A DNA stretch of 64,000 bases from contig RDEW01000048.1 in assembly GCA_011109175.1 (NCBI GenBank), positions 85,445-149,444 on the forward strand, given 5' to 3'. Source of the stretch: Dicyema japonicum. Its lineage: Eukaryota; Animalia; Dicyemida. A model generated the notes under the pieces. It did not search any database, was not told the origin of the DNA, and saw only the letters and a list, made by a program, of their open reading frames with translations. Positions 63,001 through 64,000 of this stretch are shown here, piece by piece. Each line of letters starts with the position of its first letter. The first letter of the stretch is position 1. Both the position numbers and the translations under genes were made by a program.

Positions 63001-64000
63001 TCCTCTCACCCTCGTGATTCCACAATTATAGAGTCAGCAGACGATTCGGTCACTTATTTTATGGACTCCCCACTCTTGAATTTCATCACCGACAGTTCTT
63101 CATGTGTGTCCTTCCCACTATCGGTGGGATTGCAAGTCATTGTGAACCAGAATATATTCCTACTTCGCGTTAAGAAGCACGTGTCTGTTCAGATCTCATC
63201 TTCTCTTCCATTATTAAAGATAAAATTATCTGTATTGAAATTAATGACTTTTAGCATACTGGGCTGAAATCTTCACAGATTTGTCATTTGGTCAACGACG
63301 TTGTGCTTCCTTTGGATTCCATCCCCCTCAGAGATATCGATAAATATTTCCATGCTTACATCGAGTCAGTTCAGTCTCAAATGCAATTTTATCAGCGTAA
63401 CAAACAGTATCAGGTTTGTTTATGTTGACATTCTTAGGCTCTTCAATCTGTAGCTGAGAGACCGAAGGTAGTATGTTTCAATATTGTAGGCGCTTTCTGA
63501 GGCTAGGAATGCGGTTGTCGATAAAATTGAGAAGGTTTACTTTGGTGTAATACAAAGATCACGAATCCAACGAATTCTCCTGGTTTTTTCAGTGCAACCA
63601 AAAAGTTCTCTGCCAAGATCAATAATTTTTGTATTTAACATTATCGCTTATTATAAGTTGTCAATAGTCAATCAGAGTCTTTTATAAGCGAGACCTCCTT
63701 GAAGTCCTTTAAATCCAAGGTTAGCAACTGTTTCGTAATTATAGGTCGAAAGTGTGTTCAAGCTTTCTGTACCGTCTCCCATTTGTGGGGTTTCAGATGA
63801 GGCCTTAGATGTAACAGTAAATCCTTATCCCACTATGAAGACGGATAGTCCTGCATCTAAAAGCATCTCTATTGAATCTGATGAATTGACGTTGGCTGAT
63901 GAAAGTCCTGCAATATTCGAGTCGGCCCCTGTTTGGGAGAATGATTCTAACGGAGACGAGCAGGACCCTCTTGAAGATCTAGATATTCTAGGAGATGATT
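60090..64000 (+). CDS. KIF13: KIF13-like kinesin-3 with a degenerate motor domain, FHA and stalk; many micro-introns; continues past the window end
   Basis: Stalk VVVEIFQQDKDSNFTPVPV..ETGGVFQLVQG..KRLRV matches KIF13 VEILELNENGEYCPVEV..TGGIFQLRQGQSRRVQV. FHA-like LSGSEIVSPHC..VEVN..RLYKGDIICIGFTHYF. Upstream exons align loosely to the motor core. The exon structure is only partly resolved. Confidence 0.7.

Overview
AT-rich, repeat-dense eukaryotic (animal) genomic DNA, not prokaryotic. Host genes are broken by very many 20-38 nt spliceosomal introns (mostly 21-25 nt), so the ORF track misses most of them. I spliced them by hand and recovered DNAAF4/DYX1C1 (partial), an aquaglyceroporin lacking both NPA motifs, a glutaredoxin, two E2/UBC paralogs, Ran, a mucin-like type I membrane protein, a GH18 chitinase with a GPI-like tail, an N-terminally short MSH2, an intronless orphan ORF, an FNBP1/CIP4-family F-BAR protein and a KIF13-like kinesin with a degenerate motor. 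Micro-introns plus a motile-cilia gene point to a dicyemid-like ciliated parasite, which is an inference. The rest is CRE-clade and APE-type LINEs, two SINE-like families, and MULE, hAT and Tigger DNA transposons. The best find is a 49-bp minisatellite whose unit is one 24-nt exon plus one 25-nt intron, which builds the mucin repeat. About ten single-base deletions in homopolymer runs inside conserved genes suggest uncorrected long-read errors. All homology calls are by eye from remembered family motifs; no searches were run.
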